Below, piece by piece: positions 10,882 to 20,237 of a stretch of DNA of 64,000 bases. The notes under the pieces are model-generated. The model was not told where the DNA came from. It saw only the letters and a list, made by a program, of their open reading frames with translations, and did no database searches. The stretch's first letter is position 1. The number at the start of each line of letters is the position of its first letter. The translations under genes and the position numbers were made by a program. Source of the stretch: Strigamia acuminata (taxonomy: Eukaryota); NCBI GenBank assembly GCA_949358305.1, contig OX442314.1, positions 24,862,001-24,926,000 of the forward strand, read 5' to 3'.

Positions 10882-11746
10882 CTCTTCTTCTTTCTTACTA
10901 CCTGAGAGCAGGTAATCCGTTACGTATTTTGAAAACGCGTAACGTCTAGAGTCCGCAATGATTTATTAATTGTAGAGAAGACACAATCCTTTGACTCGAA
11001 GCACTTTTAATTCACTTTTCCAGTTATAAATAACACTATAACTTTTTAGCACACAAAACTCTTTTCACTTTCTGAAAAATAATTCAATAATTAAACACTT
11101 CAATTTTCACGGTCATAATTACAAAATATCAAAAAAAACAATTCATTTTCACGGTCATAATTACTAAATTTCATCAAAACTATTCAAGGAAAAATTTCTT
11201 ATTAATAACACTTTACAAAAATGCTCTGGAAAGAAAACAAATTCATTAATAAATATAAATAATATATTCTCTATTATCATTCAATTTTATCCTAACATCA
11301 CAATTAAATTCTTCATTACTATACAATTTCATTAAATTTTATCAAAATTCAATCAATAATACTATATCAATTCAATTCAAAGTCAAATATCACAGTAAAT
11401 AACACTCAAATGCAAATTTATCCAATTTAAACACTCAAAACTTCTATTCTATTCTATTTTATTTTTTTAGACTTTATCAATTTTCAATCTAATTGACCTA
11501 TTTATTCACTAGCAATGACTCACTCTCACTTTCCTATCAATTTCACAAATGAATCACTCATATTCAAATTAGTTTGGGATTTCTCAAAATTTTATATGAT
11601 TTTCAAAGCTATTTTAAGCCAAATTTGCCAATTTTATGTGATTTTAATTCTAATTTCACTCATTTTACTTTAAATTTTACAATTTTAATGATTTTAGCTC
11701 TAATTTTCGGGGTTTTTATTCTACTTTTGGTCCCGGGGAAAGAACC

Positions 11747-11758
11747 GCATCTCCACCA
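11747..11758 (-). promoter_or_regulatory. Primer binding site (tRNA-Ala-like)
   Basis: TGGTGGAGATGC 2 nt inside the 5' LTR, complementary to a tRNA-Ala 3' end (GCATCTCCACCA). Confidence 0.8.
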
Positions 11759-11760
11759 TT

Positions 11761-12335
11761 TGTTACGTGGTTTCCGGGCCTGATCAGGTTTCCACGCAAC
11801 GTTATTTTATTTGGGGTTTTAGTGAATGTGACAGGAAAGGATGAGATTGGTTTTATGTTCAAATTCAATTCAGTTTTATTTGACCGGACAAACGAAGTTT
11901 GTTCGATCCCTTTTAAACTTGGTTACATTTATTCTCAAAAACAGTTTGGAATGACATTCGGATAAACTATCATTTTTACATTCTTATTAATTTGTACAAC
12001 TGTTATTAACTGGGTTCTAAACAACTGTGTGATATCTTAAATGCGATGTAATTAAATTGGTTTTATAGTCATCAGCCGCGCTCTTTAATGAGGCGACATC
12101 AGACTCTCTAGATCTACAAAGCAAAAGTGATTAGAGACCTGTCTTAGTGCGGGCTCCTTATTTATAGCAAATCTGCCATAAACCCCATAATTGAATTGAC
12201 TGGTCCATCACATGGCGATGACGGAGTCCAACCGTCAGCGCCATCTGTGGCCGAAATTTAGCAACTTTAACCAATAATAACTCGAATTACGCGTTACGAA
12301 TCGCGCATTAATTAGCACGGTTCGTACACGTGACA
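11761..12335 (-). repeat. 5' LTR of Gypsy element 1
   Basis: Direct repeat of 3947-4521; adjacent PBS. Confidence 0.95.
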
Positions 12336-12580
12336 ATACGTACGGCAAAAATAAAAACAATAAATCGAATGGAAAGAAACGATAAATAGTATGTTTTGTA
12401 CCGTTGAAATGTCAACTCGCGGATTGAGGCCTAATCTTTGAGATCTGAATCAATGGAAACGTAAGTATACGCACAACACAACAATGTGGATTTATTCCAT
12501 TGAGTAAAAGCCTCCTGAATTACGTGTATCACGCCATCTGGCGGTCACGTGCACCAACGGATCCGTAATATCGAGATATA

Positions 12581-13343
12581 CAGGGTGAACCAAAAGTCTG
12601 TTCCCTTCAAATATTTCCTCAGCAATTGCATCTAGGCCAACTTTGATGAAGCAATCGTATAGGAAGTTGGGTGAGAACAATCCAATGATATCATCAAATT
12701 TGACCTTGAAGGCCATTTTCAAAGTCATTCACTTGCTAACTTCTAAACCAATCAGGTTAGAGCAAAAAAGTCAATTACAAAGTTGTAGAGCATCATCAAA
12801 TTAGTACTATCCAAATTATCTTAGTCATCTTAAGTTAAATGTTTTCTTTTTAAAAAGGAGACAAATCAGCTGAAATAAAGCCAGCCATTGTGACAAAACT
12901 TAAATTTCTATTGCAAAAATACTGAATTTCTTAAATAAACGTATTCAAATGTGCATCATTATGCACGTAAACAAGAAAAACCACTGCTTTTTTTTAATGC
13001 CTTAATAATTATTTTATCACAAGAATAAAAAAATTCACTTTACTAATTTTTTTTCTGATTTGTCTCCTTTTTAAAAAGAAAACATTTAACTTAAGATGAC
13101 TAAGATAAGTTGGATAGTACTAATTTGATGGTGCTCTACAACTTTGTAATTGACTTTTTTGCTCTAACCTGCTTGGTTTAGAAGTTAGCAAGTGAATGAC
13201 CATGAAAATGGCCTTGAAGGTCAAATTTGATGACATCATTGGATTGCTCTCACCCAACTTCCTATACAATCGCTTCATCAAAGTTGGCCTAGATGCAATT
13301 GCTGAGGAAATATTTGAGAGGAACAGACTTTTGGTTCACCCTG
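12581..13343. mobile_element. Tc1/mariner-type MITE with ~290 bp TIRs
   Basis: TA|CAGGGTGAACCAAAAGTCTG...CAGACTTTTGGTTCACCCTG|TA; long imperfect inverted arms. Confidence 0.9.
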
Positions 13344-14249
13344 TAGAATCCGCAGGCGACCCTTGCAATTTAAAAACATTCTTAACATACAGTAACATTA
13401 ATATAACAGTCCAAGGGCCAGAGTGAAACAGAGTGAAACATGATTGCATCTAGAGATGATCCTAATCCCCTTGGGACGGCCCCTTCCCTAAACAACCCAA
13501 TAAAAGGATTGGTAGTTCTCCGTAGAGACACTTATTCCTAAAAAGCCAGAGTTGCCAGCCAGTACTACAACCAAAGAGAGTCTTTCTAGTCCACGGGTGG
13601 ACCATGCGAGTCCGAACAGCCGTCGTGCTGCATTTTTGGCCGATAGCAGGAACGTTCAAAATTCGTCTAGAAACGTGATCACAACGTTCCGAACATCAAT
13701 ACCGAGCCCACTTTCAGGTGAAGCATCCACCTCCTAAAATGTGAGTAAATGTTAAATTTTGTTTAAATAAGGAGATCACAACCACAATTCGTCTGTTAAA
13801 TGAAATACATGGCTTTTTTATGCACCATGTACTCGCGCGATTGCAGAAAAAATCACACCTTTGCTCGTAAGTTTTTAGACACTTTTTAGAGTTTTTTTTT
13901 GACACGATTTTACCTGTTTTAAGCTTTCTTTTCAATTTTTTTTCTTGTCAACGTAAAAACGGGTCTAAAATGTGTAAAAGTGAGAAAATCAAAAAAAAAT
14001 TGAAAAAATGAAAAAATTCGCAGTATGAGTCAGCCTACCGACACTGGAAATTCTGCAATATGAGAGGAAAATATTTTGTTAGTGTTTCTACTTATAGTTA
14101 TTCATCTGATTGAGTTTTCTTCCTTTCCGTTTAATTTGTTTACTGGTTTCTTCAATTTAGAGTTCGATGTACGAATATTCTAAAAATACTTTTTCACAGA
14201 TTTTTAAATTTGTTTTAGGCGGTGGAACTTATGGCGTGACATCGAAAAA

Positions 14250-14365
14250 TGCATTTTCAATTATAAAATAAACGAAAGAAATACATTTTCCATTGTAAAA
14301 TAAACGAAAGAAATTCATTTTCCATTGTAAAATAAACGAAAGAAATTCATTTTTCATAGTAAAAA
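14250..14365. repeat. 32-bp minisatellite, ~3.5 copies, degenerating to ~14490
   Basis: aaaataaacgaaagaaat(a/t)catttt at 14265, 14297 and 14329. Confidence 0.7.
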
Positions 14366-15001
14366 GACCAAAAAACTTGTTTTTAATTATAGAAATAACT
14401 GAAAAAGCTCGTTTTTCGTGCCAAAAATAACTGAAACACTCGTTTTTCGCGCATGAAAAAACCGAACATCGAAATTCCTTTTTCATTTAAAAAAAAAAAC
14501 CAAAATCAAAGTCATACCATTGTAGCAAAATCCAGATCGATCGTAATCGCTCGCATCTGTGCTTTCAAATCCTGAAATTCTCGCTGAATTTTGTGTTGTT
14601 GTTGGGGATTCTATTTGTACAGATGGCAAACGCGACGATGCTAAATTTAAAAAGAAATTGAAACTTTTCAAAACATTAAAAAAATATATGTGTACGAGTA
14701 TTGCAAGTCATTTCGTAATAAGGTCCACAGCCTTGTCCGTTACCGAAAAAAAGTATCGTATCATTTCTTAAAAATGAAGAAGAAATTCAAAAGTACCACA
14801 AACTTTTAGCCTGTTTATGAAGTTGGGGTCTCAGTTTTCCAGTACTCCAGGCCGTCCACGTTTTCTGCTGTTGATAATTGCAACAGAGTTGGAAAATACA
14901 CACATAGTAACGAAACTTAAAATAAATTAAACACAAAACTGAAAATATTACAGGAAAATGTTAATTTTTAATTGAACACTTTATTCTCACTTTATTACAT
15001 A

Positions 15002-16019
15002 TGTCGCGCTCAACTCTAACCGTCGCTAACTCGTGGGTTGATTACTTAATTCGACTAACTCACTACCGCTTTACTCAAGCGGTTTACCCAAAGAAATGAT
15101 TACACAGATATAAAAGGTAAAATATAATATAGATTTATTCTGCGGGGCAATATACAGATATATCTTATATATATATATATAAAGGGTAAGTAAAAGGTAA
15201 ATCGGAATGGGTGATGGGAAATGGAAAGGCAAAGGTAAGATGAAAGCTGGCTGGAATCGGCGAGGTCGTCTGTTGTCTCGTGCGTGTCCAAGATGGCGTC
15301 CTCGTTGTGGCAACGTGATGTCGTCTTGGGCCGGCGTGGCAATATGGCGTCCTCGGCTCGTCTCTGGCTGGTCCTTCGGGCTCACGCTGGTCGGGCGCGA
15401 GTGAATGCTTAGTTAAAAGACTTACTTCGGGCTGTTGTCTAGGTTTTTGTGTGGTGTCCGGCGATCACACAGCGGCGGACTCTTCTGGTTCCCGGCGGTC
15501 ACACAGCGGCGGGAACGCTCGTCGTGGTTTTACTGCAGTTTAGGCTTGTGCGACCGTTTGTCTGCACAACTCGCTAAACTGGAGTGGTTTTTACTATTTC
15601 TAGCTGGTGTGCTAAAATAGTGTGGTAATCTTATCTCGCAGGTTACTCTGCGGAGTTTGACACTGACCAAACGTACTCACGGTAAATTGTCCTTTGTCCT
15701 CGGTCAATCCCAGTATTTTTACTTGGGCCTGATCTTGTAGGACGACGGATTTTACGTGTGTTTCTCGTTTGATGGTTGTGTTGGTTCTGCCCGCTCAGTG
15801 CAAGGCACATTCCTTTGCACAAAGCGGGGTTGACAGGTGACCAGAATCACCCAATGGTGGGGTGGACGAACCATCCCCACTCCCTCAGGGCAGACGCCTG
15901 TCCATTGACTAGATGTCAATGCACTGAGGGAAGGGAGACGCGCTTGCGGCTCCCCTTACACCCGAAACGAGGTCACGAGAGAAACTCTTCGTTGACCCCG
16001 GTCCAGTCGGGTCACAACA
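15002..16019 (-). repeat. 3' LTR of Gypsy element 2
   Basis: Direct repeat of 27488-28505. Confidence 0.95.
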
Positions 16020-16055
16020 CTTCCCCCTCCGAGCTCAGACCGTGGGGCTGAGCGA

Positions 16056-17237
16056 TCACTTCTTTCCTGGGGGACCCGACACTGAGTCCGTCACCTGGGC
16101 GTAACTCACTCCAGGGACAGGCGGTTGAGTGCCGGGTGGCGCGGGTAGATCGCCTACTAGCGCCGAGGACCGATCTCGGGGGTCCTCATGCTCCGTAATG
16201 AAGCATAATGCATGGCCGTCAACTGGCTCATGCGGGGCACGCGTCCTCTCGTGCAACCAAACGCTCGGGATGTAGGCGGAGAAGCCGGTGTTCGTATGCC
16301 GGATGGCATTGGCTTCCGTTGGCGTCACTGGCGCACGGTGGGCTCTCAGCAACCTCTGGTGGAAGATGAGGTCTTTAGTCTTCCGTATCTGGTTGTGAAG
16401 CCAGATGAAGACCGATTTGCCTTTGTCCCGCTGCGCGAGGATAAACCTCCTGGTCGCCGTCGTCATCGAAAGATGGGGAAACTCGTCGATGATTCGCCCA
16501 TAATAGTCTGGTGGAGGCGGTGCCGGCTTCGGCTTCTGGGTGGCCGCGGGAATCACGGCTTGCGTCGTTGTCGCCGCTCGGGCCGGTGAGGTCCCGGGCG
16601 GTGTCGGCTTCGTTTGCTCGACGGACCTGACGGGTGGCGTTCGGCACAGCAAGCGCTTTGGTTTACCCGCCACTTCGAACAGGGCGGGTCCTTGCGGGGA
16701 TATCTCCGCAGGCATCGGTGGCGGAATCGGAACTCCGCTCGTCGGCGAGATCACCATTTCTACATCCTCTGCCGATTCTTCCGTCTGGATGGTCAAGGCG
16801 CGCAGTTGTTGGGTAGGCGCCGCTGTCCAGGTGGCGGAGGTGTAACGAAACGCCGTGCTTCGCAACTTGTACCCCTCAAATTCGGGGTTTACCACATCCC
16901 TGGTTAGCTCGTACCGAGTCAACACAGGGTCGGGCAGAATGGAGCTCCACTCTGCGAGGAGTGCACGGGGAACCTGTACACCCTCTCTGTCCACGACAGA
17001 CCATGCGGCCATCGCCTGACGCCCTTCTCCGAAGAGTGCTGGGGTTAGCAGCTGCATCATGACCTTGGTCAATGATAGCTGTAGGCTGCGACGATTCACT
17101 GGATTCGCTCGCTCTGAATCCGCAGTGAAGGCGCACGAGAGCTTACTCATCATCGCCGTTGCCCATTCGATGAAATATCGCTGGGCCTGATCCACACCTC
17201 GCAAGGCGGGCGCGGAGACTCTTGGGTCTTCCATCAC
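16056..17237 (-). CDS. Accessory ORF, C-terminal part (unknown function), in the same frame as 17340-18821
   Basis: 393-codon GC-rich ORF ending just before the PPT; frame is open up to the single TGA at 17340-17342. Confidence 0.7.
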   Translation of the reverse strand: MMEDPRVSAPALRGVDQAQRYFIEWATAMMSKLSCAFTADSERANPVNRRSLQLSLTKVMMQLLTPALFGEGRQAMAAWSVVDREGVQVPRALLAEWSSILPDPVLTRYELTRDVVNPEFEGYKLRSTAFRYTSATWTAAPTQQLRALTIQTEESAEDVEMVISPTSGVPIPPPMPAEISPQGPALFEVAGKPKRLLCRTPPVRSVEQTKPTPPGTSPARAATTTQAVIPAATQKPKPAPPPPDYYGRIIDEFPHLSMTTATRRFILAQRDKGKSVFIWLHNQIRKTKDLIFHQRLLRAHRAPVTPTEANAIRHTNTGFSAYIPSVWLHERTRAPHEPVDGHALCFITEHEDPRDRSSALVGDLPAPPGTQPPVPGVSYAQVTDSVSGPPGKK

Positions 17238-17339
17238 GAAGCGAAACGCTGAGAGCTCGGAGATAGTCGGGTTGGCGGCTTCTCTCGCGAGTCGCGCTTC
17301 TTCGTCTCGCCTCTCGAAGAACAGGGCCGAGGAACCGGG

Positions 17340-18821
17340 TCAGGGTCGGCTCGGCCTGTAAATGTCGGTCAAATTGGCTCGACATTCCTGCATAATGCTC
17401 TGTCCAACGGGGAGAGGGACTGAGCGGTCGGTGGGTAAATCCGGCGGATCGCTCGAATTCAACAACGACGGTGGCGGCAGGTCCGGAGGCGGCTGCGTCT
17501 TGGTCGGCAGCGTCGGCGTCGGCAGCGGTGGTGGCGGCTGCGTCGGCGGTGGTGGCGTCTCCGTCGTCTGCACCCCAGTCATTGCGACTTGGGGCGCCGG
17601 GAGATGTTGTTCGGAGCTCGAAGGCTGCACGATGGCGGTTGGCATGCCATCGGGTCGCGGTCGCGAATTTATGTAGTCTGCGAGCCACCTTGCCACCTCG
17701 TGTGGGGTCACCTTTCCGTCGGTGACAACACCCATCTTCCTGGCGTGTTTCATCGCGGGATCGAAACGTGTCAGTTTCGTCCGCTTCATCTGAGTCAGAA
17801 TCTCGCGAAGGTCCCGCGTATCTGCCGCTGGGACGTGTCGCTCACCTGACTGGCTACCACTTCGTCGACCCGCTCTCTTGGAGATGTAGGCGGGTTCGGG
17901 GATGGGACGGCCCCGAGCTTCGCACCTCGCGAAGTATCGCTCCTTGCGATCTTTTTTCCGCTGCTCGCGATGAGTCAGCGGACGTCTAGAAGTGCTGGGA
18001 CGAGAGACTCGCTCTTCGTCACCAGACATCCAAACCTCCTTGCACTCCTTACCGTCTTTAATCTGACGGTTTACGAAAATTCGCGGTCGGGAATACTGCG
18101 AAGGGTCACGCACCGTACTAGTGGATGGCCCAGCTTCGTTGCCTTCAGTCGTGTTTTGAGTGACACGCTGCTTCTTGGCTGTCACCGGGGAACGCGACTG
18201 GCTGTTCCCGGCGCCTTTGGAGCGCTTGCGCTTCCGCGGGTAGCTGCTTTTGGGCCCCAAAATCCCCAGGTGGTGGAGCTGCCACATCTCGGCTTGGGAC
18301 GTTAAAATTCCCATCCGAGGTCTCCACTGGGGCGTACTCTCTCCCAATCGCAGCCTCTCAAACCACAGATGAATATCATCCGCGGTCATCCCCTCGTTTT
18401 GGAGGATGCGCTCGGCCACTGCCGCAGCGGTATCCACCAGCTGTTGTCTATACTGCTGATAGATGGCCTCACGGGCCTCTTCTGTTTCGGCTGCTCGCCA
18501 CGCATGCAGCACGTGTTCCTCCGCCGGAGTGCCAGTGTACTGACTTGACAATCCGGGGTGGAAAATTGGCGATTTCGGGTCCTCGTCACGAGCTAACTCT
18601 GTGGCGATGCCTTCGCGCATCCCCTCCGGGAACGTGTCCAGGAGCGTACAGTCTCGTACCCAACGTCGGGCGATGCATCGGGAATGTAGTATTCGCAGGC
18701 GCCAAGGGTCGGCGTCTTCGCCGAAACATCGTCGGTAAAATTCGGGCAGCGCGCCTCGAAATATCCCGCCACGAGCGATGCAAGCGGGGTCTAATGGTCC
18801 CCATGTTTTACGTAATGCCAT
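17340..18821 (-). CDS. Accessory ORF, N-terminal part (basic, Pro-rich, NLS-like RKRKR; not env-like); probable upstream exon 19668-19757
   Basis: ~494-codon ORF sense to pol; polypyrimidine-CAG acceptor directly before the ATG at 18821; no signal peptide or TM segment visible. Confidence 0.75.
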   Translation of the reverse strand: MALRKTWGPLDPACIARGGIFRGALPEFYRRCFGEDADPWRLRILHSRCIARRWVRDCTLLDTFPEGMREGIATELARDEDPKSPIFHPGLSSQYTGTPAEEHVLHAWRAAETEEAREAIYQQYRQQLVDTAAAVAERILQNEGMTADDIHLWFERLRLGESTPQWRPRMGILTSQAEMWQLHHLGILGPKSSYPRKRKRSKGAGNSQSRSPVTAKKQRVTQNTTEGNEAGPSTSTVRDPSQYSRPRIFVNRQIKDGKECKEVWMSGDEERVSRPSTSRRPLTHREQRKKDRKERYFARCEARGRPIPEPAYISKRAGRRSGSQSGERHVPAADTRDLREILTQMKRTKLTRFDPAMKHARKMGVVTDGKVTPHEVARWLADYINSRPRPDGMPTAIVQPSSSEQHLPAPQVAMTGVQTTETPPPPTQPPPPLPTPTLPTKTQPPPDLPPPSLLNSSDPPDLPTDRSVPLPVGQSIMQECRANLTDIYRPSRP

Positions 18822-19667
18822 CTGGAAGGATGGAGAAATAAACAATTAATAAAAAGTTAATATTTAAATACGTAGATAAATGGTTGGTTTCGAGGGACGT
18901 TGCCGATACGTGCAGCCGTCCGTCGAGACCGATTCCTGTCTATCGGTGCAAACGTAGGACGAATTGTCCCTCGTCGGATAGAAAAAAAAGAAGTCATCAC
19001 GTAAAAAATCTGTCTCATGTCTAAAACGCACAGCGAGACGGAATCGAGCCTTTAATCCGGATTTTTATCATCAGATTTTACTTCACATTAATTCTAACGT
19101 TAATTAGAACATTACTAACAATTAAATTAATAATTATCAGTCATTCGTAAAAAGAATTCGTCGGGTGTAAATTATTACTAAAATTGCACAATAAATGTGC
19201 TTGTCGAAATTTTATTAAATAAATAAATCTAATAAAGAATTATTCCGAAGTCGGACTTTGTCTAATTTTTTAAAAAAGTTAAAGTCAAATTAAATTTATC
19301 CAACACACCGAAAAATTCATCGTACGAATGTTAAGTTGCATCAATTCGATGCGTCAAATTACTTGTGGAGAAAAATATTCTTTTACAGAATATTCTCCCC
19401 TTGTCATAAAATTATTTATGGCTCGAGCCCATTGTCTCGCTCGTGACTCAAGTCATGAGGAATTTTCGAGACGCGAGGCGACGTGAAGTCTGCGCTCGCA
19501 CCCCGAAAACAAATTAACAAGGAAAAAATACAATCGTGTGAGCGATCGCGGTTAATAATTAATTATACGCTATTGTGAGTGCAAAGCACTCATGTCAGGT
19601 ATTAGTCAACAAAATTTCTTCTTCAGCAGCACGGAACTAGTTCTCATGTGCCGATGCCGACTTCTAC

Positions 19668-19757
19668 CTGATCGGGATGGACTTGGTTTACATCGCGGTC
19701 CCAGTTTTCCTCGTCCTCGTGCTCTATGGCCAGCACGTCGTTCTCTTCCTCGTCCAT
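19668..19757 (-). CDS. Putative first exon of the accessory gene (MDEEENDVLAIEHEDEENWDRDVNQVHPDQ)
   Basis: GCCATGG Kozak context, exactly 30 codons, then CAG|GTAG donor; joins in frame to the acceptor at 18822. Confidence 0.45.
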
Positions 19758-20237
19758 GGCGAGGAGCGCGCACAAAAAGCTCAATCACGATTGAAAAAAG
19801 GATGATAAAACTATCTCAAAAAAAAACTCGATAAAAACGTTAAAAACGAGGATCACGCACGAATGCAGCGATCAGCTGTGAAAAGCGGAAGTTCGTGTGA
19901 ACACGAGGTAATCGCGATGGATTCTGGGTAATATACTCCAGAACCCGGGTGTTTGAGACTAGTGCGCACCTACCCGTGCGCATGTTACGCTACGGGTCTC
20001 CTTTGTTTTCACTCCCGTGCGCGATTGCTGCTACGGGGTCTTTTGCACGCGGTATCCGACCCGTGCCGATAATTTTGCTACGGGTCCCGCGCTTCCACGC
20101 CATCTTGTGACGTGAATTCGACCGATATCCGCTTTGTTGGACTTAGCGGAATTTTCTTCGAGTCTCGCAACGTGATGGCTTGCACTATCGGTCGATTAGA
20201 ATTTATTTTTAGTGCCGCCATCGACTCGTAATTTATT

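Larger units (their letters stand above)
3947..12335 (-). mobile_element. Full-length Ty3/Gypsy LTR retrotransposon 1 (8.4 kb)
   Basis: 575 bp TG...CA LTRs at 3947-4521 and 11761-12335 (2 differences seen by eye); ATAC target-site duplication; tRNA-Ala-type PBS; PPT AAAAAAGGGAGT at 4522-4533; intact gag and pol. Confidence 0.97.

Noticed and set aside
12492..13426. Paired similar ORFs on opposite strands (MTLKMAFKV.../MTMKMALKV...)
   Set aside because: Simply the two arms of a MITE
14560..14900. Possible decayed DNA-transposase coding remnant flanking Gypsy 2
   Set aside because: Only vague motif resemblance with many stops; cannot be supported without a search
16212..18841. Plus-strand and alternate-frame ORFs over the accessory gene
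   Set aside because: Expected shadows of GC-rich coding sequence; no independent motifs
16056..18845. env gene interpretation of the Gypsy third ORF
   Set aside because: No visible signal peptide or C-terminal transmembrane helix; basic and Pro-rich composition
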